A program made the translations under genes and the position numbers. Below are positions 1-9,049 of a stretch of DNA of 57,257 nt, in pieces. The notes below the pieces were generated by a model. It saw only the letters and a list, made by a program, of their open reading frames with translations, had not been told where the DNA came from and did no database searches. Each line of letters starts with the position of its first letter. Positions within the stretch are counted from its first letter, which is position 1. The stretch comes from a virus (taxonomy: Duplodnaviria; Caudoviricetes), in IMG/VR virus record IMGVR_UViG_3300028806_000013, positions 1 through 57,257 of that record. One strand, given 5' to 3'.

Positions 1-104
1 ACAAGTGTTGATATAATCCTCACCCGCTAAAAACTTAACTAACTGCGTATTATCACTCTGACATTTTGTGCATTTTAGTTTCTTTTCCTGTTCTTTCTCG
101 TTAC

Positions 105-488
105 TCATGCTGCTTCCTCCTCTATTTTCATTTGAACATCCATTTGACAGAACTCTTGAAAGCTTCCTTCAAATAAGATGTCTAGCTTATCGTCACCATT
201 CTCAACCTTTACCCATAAGCCACCATTCTTATAAGTAACACTATAAGTAAAGTTCCTGAAGTTATTACCATGAGAGAGCCTAATATGCCCTCCCTTCTTC
301 GGCTTATTGGCTGCTATAAAGGCTGAGGCGAAATCATCGGCCTCAAACCTGGGCAATGGCCACGCATAAGGCAAAGCATCTGCCAAGGCATGCGCTACGC
401 CACTTGGGTTGCCATCCCAGTGCTGATAGACATAAAAGCTTTCATCGTTATTTACTTCATAAAACTCTATTAGTGCATTTGTACTCAT
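105..488 (-). CDS. hypothetical phage early protein
   Basis: 127-aa ORF in a leftward operon with the next gene; YxHWDGxP motif typical of small phage proteins. Confidence 0.7.
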   Translation of the reverse strand: MSTNALIEFYEVNNDESFYVYQHWDGNPSGVAHALADALPYAWPLPRFEADDFASAFIAANKPKKGGHIRLSHGNNFRNFTYSVTYKNGGLWVKVENGDDKLDILFEGSFQEFCQMDVQMKIEEEAA

Positions 489-534
489 CTTTTCATCCTC
501 CTAAGTTAAAATTTAAACTGGACACTTTTCATTT

Positions 535-966
535 CTATGCTACCTCTGGCAAGCCATTAGTAAGATTCATCTTTGCCAAGAATTCCCTAACGAATCGTCT
601 TGGGGTTCCTGTTCCTAGCTCTGGCACAAACTGGTCTATGCTCGTTGTATCCATGAGAGCTGTCCACTTCATGCGCATTTGTTCGTAAAGTGATTGCTGA
701 ATCTCTTCCGGTATATTCCTTTGTACAAACACATATTTAGTCTGTTCGATGTCGTCTCTATGATTATCATATTTATAACAATCATCCATACCATCAAAGT
801 GACCATACTCATATTTGTTGACGATATTTTTTACGTCTTCCTCAGTTGGGCCATTTGTATACTCAATCCGTACTACATTATAGTTTTGAGTTCTTACACT
901 AAAAGTTACGCCTGGGAACTCTTTTTTTAGTTCCTGTCTAATTTGTTGCGCTGCTTGTTTTGTCAT
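535..966 (-). CDS. LPD29 (large polyvalent protein-associated domain 29) protein
   Basis: AQQIRQELKKEFPGVTFSVR...YTNGPT...FDGMDDCY pattern; start moved to ATG 966, which has an AGGAG RBS. Confidence 0.75.
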   Translation of the reverse strand: MTKQAAQQIRQELKKEFPGVTFSVRTQNYNVVRIEYTNGPTEEDVKNIVNKYEYGHFDGMDDCYKYDNHRDDIEQTKYVFVQRNIPEEIQQSLYEQMRMKWTALMDTTSIDQFVPELGTGTPRRFVREFLAKMNLTNGLPEVA

Positions 967-1005
967 TTCATCTGCTCCTATATAAGTTACGTTTCCATAT
1001 TGGTG

Positions 1006-1034
1006 ATAATACACACAATAAAATATCTTGTCAA
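1006..1034 (-). promoter_or_regulatory. sigma70-type promoter for the leftward early operon
   Basis: TTGACA-N17-TATTAT on the minus strand. Confidence 0.7.
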
Positions 1035-1239
1035 CACTTTTTAAAAATATATTTTTAATGTAGAATGATTAAATAATACTCTATTGCCCCTCTTACCTAC
1101 ATTGGAGGGGATAACCTTATTCCTTAAATGTGAAACCTCCGGCCTGGTAACACAGGCCAATAACTGCTAAGGTTCATATTCCAAATGTGTATAGAAACGC
1201 CCTGTCTTTTCATTGGGATGGGGCATCAGCTAATAACTA

Positions 1240-1268
1240 TTGACAGGACTAAAAGTATTTGATAATTT
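1240..1268 (+). promoter_or_regulatory. sigma70-like promoter inside the hairpin array
   Basis: TTGACA-N17-TAATTT with extended -10 TGn. Confidence 0.55.
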
Positions 1269-1321
1269 AATTGAACTTAATATTTTCCTAATCACCCCCT
1301 ATTTTAGGATAGGGGATAAGC

Positions 1322-1350
1322 TTGATAGAGCGGATGGAATTGGGTATATT
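1322..1350 (+). promoter_or_regulatory. sigma70-like promoter inside the hairpin array
   Basis: TTGATA-N17-TATATT. Confidence 0.5.
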
Positions 1351-1554
1351 AGAATTGTTTAAAGTATTTTACATCCTATAACCCCCGCGAGGGGGTTGAA
1401 CTAAAGTCTTCATAACTAAAAACTCCCGCCTCAGTAATGGGGCAATAGCTTTTAATTAATCATTGTAGTAATCTATAGCTGTATTATCTTACATCATCGA
1501 CCTATACGCTTTGATTCTCATATTTCAAAGAGGTGCGAATAAGCTAAAATATAT

Positions 1555-1582
1555 TTGCATTAATATTTATTTATGATAAAGT
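1555..1582 (+). promoter_or_regulatory. sigma70-like promoter inside the hairpin array
   Basis: TTGCAT-N16-TAAAGT with extended -10 TGn. Confidence 0.45.
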
Positions 1583-1782
1583 GAGTGTGTTCTTATAAAT
1601 TGGACATACGCCTCTTAGAGATGGGAGGCGAAAATCTGATAAATAGAACGTAGTATCCTAATATTTGTTACTGATACAGCCTCGAGTAGAGGCATTAACT
1701 TGTAAGTTGGATAGATAATAATATAGAATGATAACTGGATATAATAGCGGGAAAGGCAGAACGAAACCTACAGGCCGCGGAC

Positions 1783-2232
1783 ATGGCAGAGAAGATAGAA
1801 GTTTTTAGAGCAACAAATGGAACTTTTGCATCTGGGCAATCTGGATTCGAAGGACAAACTAAACGAATTGATAGTTATTTAAGACATATTTTCAAAGATA
1901 ATTTACCTGGTTTATGTAATAAGCTAATGGAAATGATATTCGATGAAAGCGACCGCGTCAGATGTTCTACTAAAGCAACCCTAATTAAAATGGCATTTGA
2001 ATATGCTGAAGGTAAACCGATACAGGTAGTTAATGTTAGCTCATCATCTGATTCTACTCCTGTAGAAGATTTAAATCGTAATGAAATGCGCTTAAGAGCT
2101 GAATCATTAGACCCTGCTATCTTAGAATTACAAGAAGAGATGAAACAGGCGGAGGAATATCAAGCTTATATAGAAGCTAAGAAGCAAGAGAAAGAGAAGC
2201 CAAAGAAGAAGGAGAAAGTGATTAATGGATAA
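1783..2232 (+). CDS. putative terminase small subunit (DUF5681-like N-terminus)
   Basis: N-terminal GTFASGQSG resembles the G-x-F-x-x-G-x-SG motif of small terminases; later EYAEGKPIQ motif; 149 aa. Confidence 0.5.
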   Translation: MAEKIEVFRATNGTFASGQSGFEGQTKRIDSYLRHIFKDNLPGLCNKLMEMIFDESDRVRCSTKATLIKMAFEYAEGKPIQVVNVSSSSDSTPVEDLNRNEMRLRAESLDPAILELQEEMKQAEEYQAYIEAKKQEKEKPKKKEKVING

Positions 2233-2494
2233 ACGCCAACAACGCATAGTTAGTACTTTAGAATCAGTATTGAAAGATGCTAAGAATGGATTAATTTTTA
2301 ATATGGTTATGATTTCTAACTCCAAGGAAAATGATGAACTCTATACGGATGTATCGTCCGAGGAAACTGTAAAAATGATAGGAAACTTAACCATGATTGC
2401 TAATGATTTAAGTAGACTTAAAATGGAGGAATCCCGCATGATGCAAGGAGAGCATGGGATAGCAGGACAAGACGAGGCTAAGGATAATGGCTAA
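2225..2494 (+). CDS. hypothetical protein
   Basis: ORF overlapping its neighbours in a dense rightward operon. Confidence 0.65.
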   Translation: MDKRQQRIVSTLESVLKDAKNGLIFNMVMISNSKENDELYTDVSSEETVKMIGNLTMIANDLSRLKMEESRMMQGEHGIAGQDEAKDNG

Positions 2495-2732
2495 ATGGCG
2501 TATTACAGAAAGAGGTAATGGACGTTTCTTTATAGAAGAGCTATATATTAGTCAATATCGTCTCTCCTCACCTTTACCATGTGATTGGTATTTAAGATGC
2601 TCTACCTCTTCGTTAGATGATGCAAAAGAATATCTTGATAATATGATAGAAAAGATTAGAAATAAAAAAGAAGATGAATTAAAACGCGAGTCTATAGTTA
2701 AAGTCCATGTAGAGCTAGATGACGAAGCATAA
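2487..2732 (+). CDS. hypothetical protein
   Basis: coupled ORF with AAGGA RBS. Confidence 0.65.
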   Translation: MAKWRITERGNGRFFIEELYISQYRLSSPLPCDWYLRCSTSSLDDAKEYLDNMIEKIRNKKEDELKRESIVKVHVELDDEA

Positions 2733-2916
2733 AGATAAATCACAATTCGCACCCTTCTCCCATAACGCTAAATACAATCGTCCTGATAATCTCATCCCCG
2801 TTAATCCCGCATTAGCTAAAGCATTAAAACAAGTTGACAAGCAAATAGATTTGATGTATAACCTACATAAAGACGTGGACTACAACTTAAGGAGCATAGA
2901 AGAATGGCTAGTTTAG
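2719..2916 (+). CDS. hypothetical protein
   Basis: coupled ORF filling the operon. Confidence 0.55.
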   Translation: MTKHKDKSQFAPFSHNAKYNRPDNLIPVNPALAKALKQVDKQIDLMYNLHKDVDYNLRSIEEWLV

Positions 2917-3239
2917 AAGTTTTATTTGATATAGAAGAATTATCAGCGCATACAGGTTATACGCAAGCTTGTATTAATGGATGGGTAAGAGATAAGAAGT
3001 TTCCTCAACCTATTAAAGCTGCTCGTGGTAAATCTGGGAGATTTAGAAGCTATTGGAAGAAATCTGATATAGATAGATATATGGAGATAATCAGGAAGAG
3101 AGAGGAAGCTGCTATGAGACAATCAGAGCTTATTAATGAGAAGATGTTAAGAGAATTGGAAGATTTACAGGCAGAGACTGATAAGCTAGAGCAAGAAGTT
3201 AATTCGCCTAAGCTTAAAGCGGTTAAGAAACGGGAGTAA
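2904..3239 (+). CDS. AlpA/excisionase-family HTH DNA-binding protein
   Basis: IEELSAHTGYTQACINGWVRDKKFPQPIK...RSYWKKSDI AlpA-like pattern; AAGGAG RBS. Confidence 0.75.
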   Translation: MASLEVLFDIEELSAHTGYTQACINGWVRDKKFPQPIKAARGKSGRFRSYWKKSDIDRYMEIIRKREEAAMRQSELINEKMLRELEDLQAETDKLEQEVNSPKLKAVKKRE

Positions 3240-3242
3240 CAG

Positions 3243-4814
3243 ATGCAATACAAGATTGATACAAAGGCTTTTCATGAAGCTTTTAAAGAGCCTAGAGATA
3301 TATTCTTTAAGACTTGGGTATGTCCTATCCATGGGGCTAGAGATTACTGTAGTCACTATACAGAGGCGTTTGCGGAGTTTAAGTCTAAGTTTATGAAGAA
3401 GTTTATAGAGCCTTATACGCCTCAGCCATTGAAGCCTATTGGCATCCATATTGCTAAGAAGCTAGTAGCACCTGTTGGGTACGAGTATGGATGGAAAACT
3501 GTTTATAGAATAGTAGAGAAGTTCAGAACAGGAACACCAGATTGTGACGTGAACGCTGTTCGTAGAAGGATTGTTGATTTCGAATTCGATAAAGACGCTT
3601 TATTAGGCTTATGCGCTGATGGTTGGATGGCTTTAGGCTATATAGATGAGAGCTATCATATTCCTCGTAACTCTGATGGCTTCTATGCTGATGGAGATGC
3701 TGTTCTCTGTATGCGTATTAAGCATGCGGGTAAGCCTTGGGATAGTGTTAGTGGAACGATAGCTGATAGAGCTGCTAATAATGGTGTAGAAGGGAATCAT
3801 AAGACAGCTGATATAGGAGAAATATATCCATTGGCGCAAGTTGTGCCTGAAGGTTGTCCTACACCTGATGGAACCGCCGATATAGAAAGAGATATTGCTA
3901 ATAACTTTGAAACATTAATAGATGATACGCATTATTCCATGGGGAATAGACATTATAAGATGCCAGCAGAACAGAATGATTTAGGACATTCTCCAGAATT
4001 AGAGAAAGCTGTTGTAGAGGATGCTAAAAAGCATATCGTACCAGGCTGGGAAGATAACGAAGCTAATCGTATCGCTAGAAAGGCTGTAGATAATATGAAT
4101 AGATTAGAGAAGTTGGGATTATCTAAACAAGGCGAGACTGTAGACCCTCGTAATGTAATGCTGACTGAGGATTCTATAGAGCAACTTATAGCTAGCCTTA
4201 GAGAGCCTAGAAAGAGTGCTGGAGAAATAATGGCTGGTCAGATAGCTGATGAGATGTCTAGACAGCTATCCAATCGTAAAACTACAGAAGACGCAGCCGA
4301 TGAGCTATCCCTAATATTCGAAACTGTGACAGCAGACCCTGTTCCTGTCGCGATAGCCACCGAGTTTAAGGGATTCGATTTTGAAAAAATTAATAAGGAT
4401 GAAGATAAAAAATTAAATCATTTAAGATATATAGCATATTTAAAGTCTATCAATAGTAAACAGCGTGAAGGTTTTAGTTTTGATGAAGCTTATGACATGG
4501 CAGGTAAAGATTACCCAGAGTTTCATAGTGAAGACCCTGTTCCTGTAGAAGCTACGACCCCCGAGCCTAAAGCCTATACCTATTCTGGCTGTGATGCCGA
4601 AGTATGGGCACCTATCATGGAGAATATGGAATCTAATATCGCTAAAGCTAATGCGTTAGAGAAAGTAAAAGAAAGCTTTCCTCTCGATGCACTTACACTT
4701 ATAATGGGATATCATTTTGGTAAACATACGGCTGACGAGATGAATGATAAGCGATTAGAGTTTATTGAAAAGTATCGTAGTCTTATAACTGATATGGGAT
4801 ATAGTAGATTTTGA
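3243..4814 (+). CDS. large hypothetical protein
   Basis: 523-aa ORF with GGGAG RBS and an internal DPVPV repeat; no family recognised. Confidence 0.75.
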   Translation: MQYKIDTKAFHEAFKEPRDIFFKTWVCPIHGARDYCSHYTEAFAEFKSKFMKKFIEPYTPQPLKPIGIHIAKKLVAPVGYEYGWKTVYRIVEKFRTGTPDCDVNAVRRRIVDFEFDKDALLGLCADGWMALGYIDESYHIPRNSDGFYADGDAVLCMRIKHAGKPWDSVSGTIADRAANNGVEGNHKTADIGEIYPLAQVVPEGCPTPDGTADIERDIANNFETLIDDTHYSMGNRHYKMPAEQNDLGHSPELEKAVVEDAKKHIVPGWEDNEANRIARKAVDNMNRLEKLGLSKQGETVDPRNVMLTEDSIEQLIASLREPRKSAGEIMAGQIADEMSRQLSNRKTTEDAADELSLIFETVTADPVPVAIATEFKGFDFEKINKDEDKKLNHLRYIAYLKSINSKQREGFSFDEAYDMAGKDYPEFHSEDPVPVEATTPEPKAYTYSGCDAEVWAPIMENMESNIAKANALEKVKESFPLDALTLIMGYHFGKHTADEMNDKRLEFIEKYRSLITDMGYSRF

Positions 4815-4815
4815 T

Positions 4816-5010
4816 ATGACAATAGAATCTATGGAAGAAACTTATATCAGATTATTAGAGCGTATTGGATTATTAGAATCTGCTTTACGAGATGCTATCA
4901 AGATGTTCTCCGGCCTAGATGATTATCCTGGTTTATTAGATGCATGGGATGATTATCAAGCACAATATGAAGAACTGATAGAAGAGCTTAAGATAGAGGA
5001 TGATGACTAA
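4816..5010 (+). CDS. hypothetical protein
   Basis: coupled small ORF. Confidence 0.6.
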   Translation: MTIESMEETYIRLLERIGLLESALRDAIKMFSGLDDYPGLLDAWDDYQAQYEELIEELKIEDDD

Positions 5011-5212
5011 AGTAATTTTCAATAATATATTCTATTCTCCAGGTGCTCATCTATCACGCATAGATAAGTTACATCAGCAGTGGAGAGCTGATAGCGGTAT
5101 TCATGATGTACCAGTTATATTCAAAGAAGGGCCTGTTGTTAAAGAAGTAGATTGGTTTGAGGAAGGATTAAAGGCTATGCAGAAGTTTGGATATAGAGAT
5201 ATACCGAGGTGA
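5000..5212 (+). CDS. hypothetical protein
   Basis: coupled small ORF. Confidence 0.55.
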   Translation: MMTKVIFNNIFYSPGAHLSRIDKLHQQWRADSGIHDVPVIFKEGPVVKEVDWFEEGLKAMQKFGYRDIPR

Positions 5213-5420
5213 TTATATGGATTTATTACAAGATACATTCTTTGATGCTATTAAGATATTAAAAAGATTAGATGATAACGCAGCGTATGGCGCATTGCGA
5301 TTATTGGAAGTAATGTCAGATGAATTTCAAGAGCTAAAATCAAAGTACGAAGACCTAATATCTGATGGTAAATATATAAGAGTTATGTCTAATCCTGGCT
5401 GGGAAGTCATGACAGAATGA
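5187..5420 (+). CDS. hypothetical protein (true start probably ATG 5217)
   Basis: GAGGTG RBS precedes the internal ATG. Confidence 0.6.
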   Translation: MDIEIYRGDYMDLLQDTFFDAIKILKRLDDNAAYGALRLLEVMSDEFQELKSKYEDLISDGKYIRVMSNPGWEVMTE

Positions 5421-5647
5421 AAAACATAGGATATGACCCAAGCTTAACCAAAGATGAGTTAAATTCTGAAACTGTATTTTCATTGATGCTGGTCAAAGAA
5501 GAAGCTTTAGCATTACAATATCTATTAAATAGTTCAATGAATGAAATAAAAGAAGATGCATCTATAGTCTTAACTGCTTCTCGTTCATTGTGTAGTGATA
5601 ATAAGTCTATTAAATTAATGTGGGATATAGGAGCTATTAGTTCATGA
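5417..5647 (+). CDS. hypothetical protein
   Basis: ATGA-coupled ORF. Confidence 0.6.
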   Translation: MKNIGYDPSLTKDELNSETVFSLMLVKEEALALQYLLNSSMNEIKEDASIVLTASRSLCSDNKSIKLMWDIGAISS

Positions 5648-6051
5648 GAGATATTAAGTTTAGAGTCTGGGAAGTAAGCGAAAAGGAAATGGAGTATTGG
5701 ACGTTTAAAGACCTATGTAGTTCTATGTCTCAATCTATGGGTGAGAGTGCTGATGGCAGTGATGAATCATTCTATGAAGAATTTAAGGTGATGCAATATA
5801 CGGGTTTAAAAGATAAAAACAATAAAGAGATTTACGAAGGCGATATTGTTGAAGTAAGATATTTTATTGGCGGACACGCAACTGAAACATTTATTGAAGC
5901 TATAAAATGGACTGAACAAGGATGGGATTTTGACCCACATTTAAATGGATGGCCATTTCAATGTGCAAAAGACAGTAAAGATGGTGATATGAAAATCATT
6001 GGAAATATCTACCAGAATCCAGAGCTTATGGAAAAATATCATGTCAAATGA
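5644..6051 (+). CDS. YopX-family phage protein
   Basis: MRDIKFRVW...MQYTGLKDKNNKEIYEGDIV...IIGNIYQNPEL signature. Confidence 0.9.
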   Translation: MRDIKFRVWEVSEKEMEYWTFKDLCSSMSQSMGESADGSDESFYEEFKVMQYTGLKDKNNKEIYEGDIVEVRYFIGGHATETFIEAIKWTEQGWDFDPHLNGWPFQCAKDSKDGDMKIIGNIYQNPELMEKYHVK

Positions 6052-6475
6052 GCTAGATATTCCCCGGGGAATAATTAAGCAAGATTCTATTGTTAAGAAG
6101 CGTAAAGTTTGTACAGAGCCAGCGTTTCATATTCCTGAAGAAGCTAAGACACCAGGTATGGAATATAGATGGGCTGCTGCTTCTATCTTCACTAATGGAG
6201 ATGAAAAGCTTACAGAGAATCTAGAGAATGCAGCTAAAGATGGATGGTTACCATTATCAAGAGCTGCTAATCCTCAGTTAATGAACGAGAGAAGAAATCA
6301 TTATTCATTCGGTGATTATATTATGGAAGGGAGTAGTATCTTATTAGGAAGACTTGTTAATAAGAAGCAGATAGAATTTGATAACTGTATCATTCCATCA
6401 CTGACTGAAGAGAGCAATTCATTAATAAATACTTTAAAAGAAATAGAGATGAGAAAGAACAGGATAAATTGTTAA
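6041..6475 (+). CDS. hypothetical protein, paralog of head-module gene 23011-23511
   Basis: shares the GMEYRW...W...P.L...G..L..R pattern with the 23011 ORF. Confidence 0.65.
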   Translation: MSNELDIPRGIIKQDSIVKKRKVCTEPAFHIPEEAKTPGMEYRWAAASIFTNGDEKLTENLENAAKDGWLPLSRAANPQLMNERRNHYSFGDYIMEGSSILLGRLVNKKQIEFDNCIIPSLTEESNSLINTLKEIEMRKNRINC

Positions 6476-6500
6476 AGGCGATAGGGAGTTTTACGGAAAG

Positions 6501-6758
6501 ATGAAATGCCCATTCTGTCAGAAGATAGGAATAGATAGACAGCTATCAGGTATCAGAGGAAAGCTTAACTTAGATGAAAATAAAGACCCGACTACGCACG
6601 TGATAGTATTCGGTTGTTATGGTGTAGATGAGAACGGTAAAGAGATAAAGTATTGGAATGATAAAGCTACACGACATCTATTTGAAGCGACTCTTAAAGC
6701 GGGAGATTGGTCTAAGAGTGAAGAATTTCCAGAGAATGCAGAAATAAGGATGATGTGA
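6501..6758 (+). CDS. hypothetical CxxC protein
   Basis: GGGAG RBS; starts MKCPFC. Confidence 0.6.
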   Translation: MKCPFCQKIGIDRQLSGIRGKLNLDENKDPTTHVIVFGCYGVDENGKEIKYWNDKATRHLFEATLKAGDWSKSEEFPENAEIRMM

Positions 6759-7252
6759 TGACAGAGATAGTCAAGACTTGTAAAGTTCATGGTGAACTTG
6801 ATATAAGTCAGGTTTACAAGTCCGGTAAATATTTTAGATGTAGAACATGTGAAAGAATTAGAGGGGCTACTTATACTCGTTTGAATAAAGATAAAGAGTT
6901 GGCACGATACAAGGCTTATAGGAATTCAGATAGATACCGAAAAAGATTACCTGAAATAGCAGAGAAAGCAAGAAAAGAGTACCACTCAAACAAAAGTGGA
7001 AGAAAAGAAAAAAGACTTGCTTATAACCTGGAATGGAGAGAAAATAATCTTGAACGCGCTAAGAGAAGGGATGCTGTTTATTACAAAAAGATTAGGGAAT
7101 TTCTTTTGTCTCCATATGTTAAGAGATTAATTAAGGGTAGAACTAGTCTTAAGAATTCAGATATTCCAGGCTTGTTAGTAGATTTTAAAAAAGAAGTTAT
7201 AAAGTTACATAGGTTATTAAGAAAAGGAGCATTAGAGCATGAAGAATATTAG
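6755..7252 (+). CDS. basic Zn-finger-like hypothetical protein
   Basis: CKVHG...CRTC motif; K/R-rich. Confidence 0.65.
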   Translation: MMTEIVKTCKVHGELDISQVYKSGKYFRCRTCERIRGATYTRLNKDKELARYKAYRNSDRYRKRLPEIAEKARKEYHSNKSGRKEKRLAYNLEWRENNLERAKRRDAVYYKKIREFLLSPYVKRLIKGRTSLKNSDIPGLLVDFKKEVIKLHRLLRKGALEHEEY

Positions 7253-7505
7253 TGATTTAAGAGAGAGCGCATTAAAAACAATAAAAGATTTACAGAGAGG
7301 GACAATTGACATAGATGAAGCTGGTGTTTCAGCTAAACTTTATGAAACAGTTATTTCATCTTGTAAAGCTGAGATGGAGTACCATAAGTTTCTGAATCAA
7401 ACGGCTAATATCAAATTCCTAGAGGGGGCCGATATTATAAAAAACATAAAAGATATCAATGCTTCCCCTGAAAATAAATTGTTGCCGGATAAAAATAAAA
7501 AATGA
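7239..7505 (+). CDS. hypothetical protein
   Basis: AAGGAG RBS; coupled ORF. Confidence 0.65.
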   Translation: MKNISDLRESALKTIKDLQRGTIDIDEAGVSAKLYETVISSCKAEMEYHKFLNQTANIKFLEGADIIKNIKDINASPENKLLPDKNKK

Positions 7506-7768
7506 TTGAACATAACTGGTTAATGGAAGTCTTTGATACTATCGCCTCTCTATCAGGTAAGTGGGCTAGATGGTTAAATGTTAAAGGAAAGAGAACTTGT
7601 TTTATTGTCTGGTCCATTGTAGTCATATACTGGTGTGCTAGAGATATCTACGTAGGCTTCTATTCCCAGGCATTCTTTTGTACAATATCTTTTGCTATGC
7701 ATATCTACGGTTATTATAATTGGGGGAAGAAAGGAATTGGTAACAGTAACAAAGATAAGGAAGAATAA
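7502..7768 (+). CDS. PnuC-like half-size membrane protein
   Basis: three hydrophobic segments ending IYGYYNW, like short phage PnuC-type proteins. Confidence 0.6.
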   Translation: MIEHNWLMEVFDTIASLSGKWARWLNVKGKRTCFIVWSIVVIYWCARDIYVGFYSQAFFCTISFAMHIYGYYNWGKKGIGNSNKDKEE

Positions 7769-8006
7769 ATATCGTATTCAAGAGATAGCAGCGGTATCTC
7801 TAGCTGCTCATGCCGTATCAGGCACTAACATGACAGTGTTCAGAATTGGTAGATTCCTTACCGAGCATCCATCCTATGAAATTTTTATATTAGCTGGACA
7901 CTACAAGACTTATGATGATGCTCTTAAAGAAGTCGTTAAACTTATTAAAGAAGATGATGAAAGAATAGAGACTGGAATGGTTAAGAATGTATGGGAAGTA
8001 TCATGA
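7692..8006 (+). CDS. hypothetical protein (start uncertain, probably TTG 7737)
   Basis: ORF fills the operon. Confidence 0.5.
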   Translation: MLCISTVIIIGGRKELVTVTKIRKNKYRIQEIAAVSLAAHAVSGTNMTVFRIGRFLTEHPSYEIFILAGHYKTYDDALKEVVKLIKEDDERIETGMVKNVWEVS

Positions 8007-8064
8007 TTAAGCATATTACATCTATCGTATCAATAGGGCTGCTCGCACTCCCTGAAAATAACAT

Positions 8065-8093
8065 TTGATAAATAAAATATATTGATGTATAGT
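8065..8093 (+). promoter_or_regulatory. sigma70-type promoter (AACATTTGAYA family)
   Basis: TTGATA-N17-TATAGT; near copy at 54459-54487. Confidence 0.65.
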
Positions 8094-8121
8094 CATATCT
8101 TTATAAGAGCGGGAGAAAGAC

Positions 8122-8541
8122 ATGTTCCATCAATTTAACGGTATGACAGCTAACAAGATTAATGAAGAAAAGAAACACAAGAAAGATTCTTTGAGGAATA
8201 ATATACTAGAGAAGAATCATAAGGCAGCCTCTCTTAGAGAGCTTAGAAAGATGTTTGAAGGAATGGGTATTAATGAGCAGGATAAAAAACAAGATTATAG
8301 GAGGCATGATTATATGTTCCATAAATTTAGACCAGAGAAAGATGATATTCAGAAGTTCTTAAGTAATCTTCCGGAACCATCAAGAGAGCCAAAGAAGGAT
8401 TTAAATCCTATTCCTATGGGCGATGGAACTATGTTTACTCAACATAGAATTGATAAGATAAACGCTTTTAAGATAGAAGCATTAGAGGCTAATATCATTA
8501 AAGGTGGTAAGCCTAGGACGACAGGAAGTCATCGGTATTGA
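8122..8541 (+). CDS. hypothetical protein
   Basis: GGGAG RBS downstream of the promoter. Confidence 0.7.
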   Translation: MFHQFNGMTANKINEEKKHKKDSLRNNILEKNHKAASLRELRKMFEGMGINEQDKKQDYRRHDYMFHKFRPEKDDIQKFLSNLPEPSREPKKDLNPIPMGDGTMFTQHRIDKINAFKIEALEANIIKGGKPRTTGSHRY

Positions 8542-8752
8542 TGAATCGTGGATGATAATAGATGAACCTTACATTTGTGAAAAGTGTAAGGGCGTCTTTA
8601 TGAAAACTAGGCCAGATGCTGTCGCTATTAAAGAAGCTAAAGATATATTTCCAGACCTAGAAAACCATCCAATTTCAATTATCTGTGAAGATTGTCATAT
8701 TGAGTTTATGAAATGGTATAATGAGAACTTCAAGAATAGGATACTTAATTAG
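8504..8752 (+). CDS. Zn-ribbon hypothetical protein
   Basis: CEKC...CEDC. Confidence 0.6.
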   Translation: MVSLGRQEVIGIDESWMIIDEPYICEKCKGVFMKTRPDAVAIKEAKDIFPDLENHPISIICEDCHIEFMKWYNENFKNRILN

Positions 8753-9049
8753 ATGATTGAAATGGAAGGCGACATAATTGTAAAGTGCTCCACTACTGGA
8801 TGTGATGGCTACACTACTTCTTCTGTTGAAATGTTTCCTTATTTTAAACGAGTTAATTGGAAGTGTGGAGAATGTTTAGACGAAGCTATCATGAAAGCTG
8901 AAAGGAAAATAGCTAGAGACGAATTTATTTCTCGTTTTAAAGATTCTGCTAGAAAAGCAAAATCAACTGCTTCTGATGAAGAATTGGAATTAATAGCTAA
9001 TTCTTTATTGGATGAAGTAGATGCTGTATTGTCCGAGGAGGATACTTAA
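8753..9049 (+). CDS. Cys-containing hypothetical protein
   Basis: CSTTGC...CGEC; coupled ORF. Confidence 0.6.
   Translation: MIEMEGDIIVKCSTTGCDGYTTSSVEMFPYFKRVNWKCGECLDEAIMKAERKIARDEFISRFKDSARKAKSTASDEELELIANSLLDEVDAVLSEEDT

Larger units (their letters stand above)
1087..1700 (+). ncRNA. array of nine hairpin + 7-nt tail units (candidate small RNA array)
   Basis: ORF-free region. Hairpins at 1087-1110, 1141-1158, 1199-1224, 1296-1315, 1382-1395, 1428-1443, 1497-1538, 1609-1630 and 1679-1693, each directly followed by a 7-mer ending in CT. G-U pairs and GNRA loops point to the + strand. Confidence 0.65.

Noticed and set aside
1-108. Exact circular junction or terminal repeat
   Set aside because: The partial leftward ORFs at the two ends do not join in frame and no direct terminal repeat is visible, so completeness is not proven.
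1087-1700. Canonical CRISPR array
   Set aside because: Stems differ in sequence, intervening segments range from 23 to 64 nt and contain promoters, and no cas genes are present. Only a short GGGGATAA resemblance to type I-E repeats remains.
1087-1700. Cluster of ordinary rho-independent terminators
   Set aside because: No U tracts on the + strand and only partial ones on the - strand. The fixed 7-nt tail and nine copies are not explained by termination.
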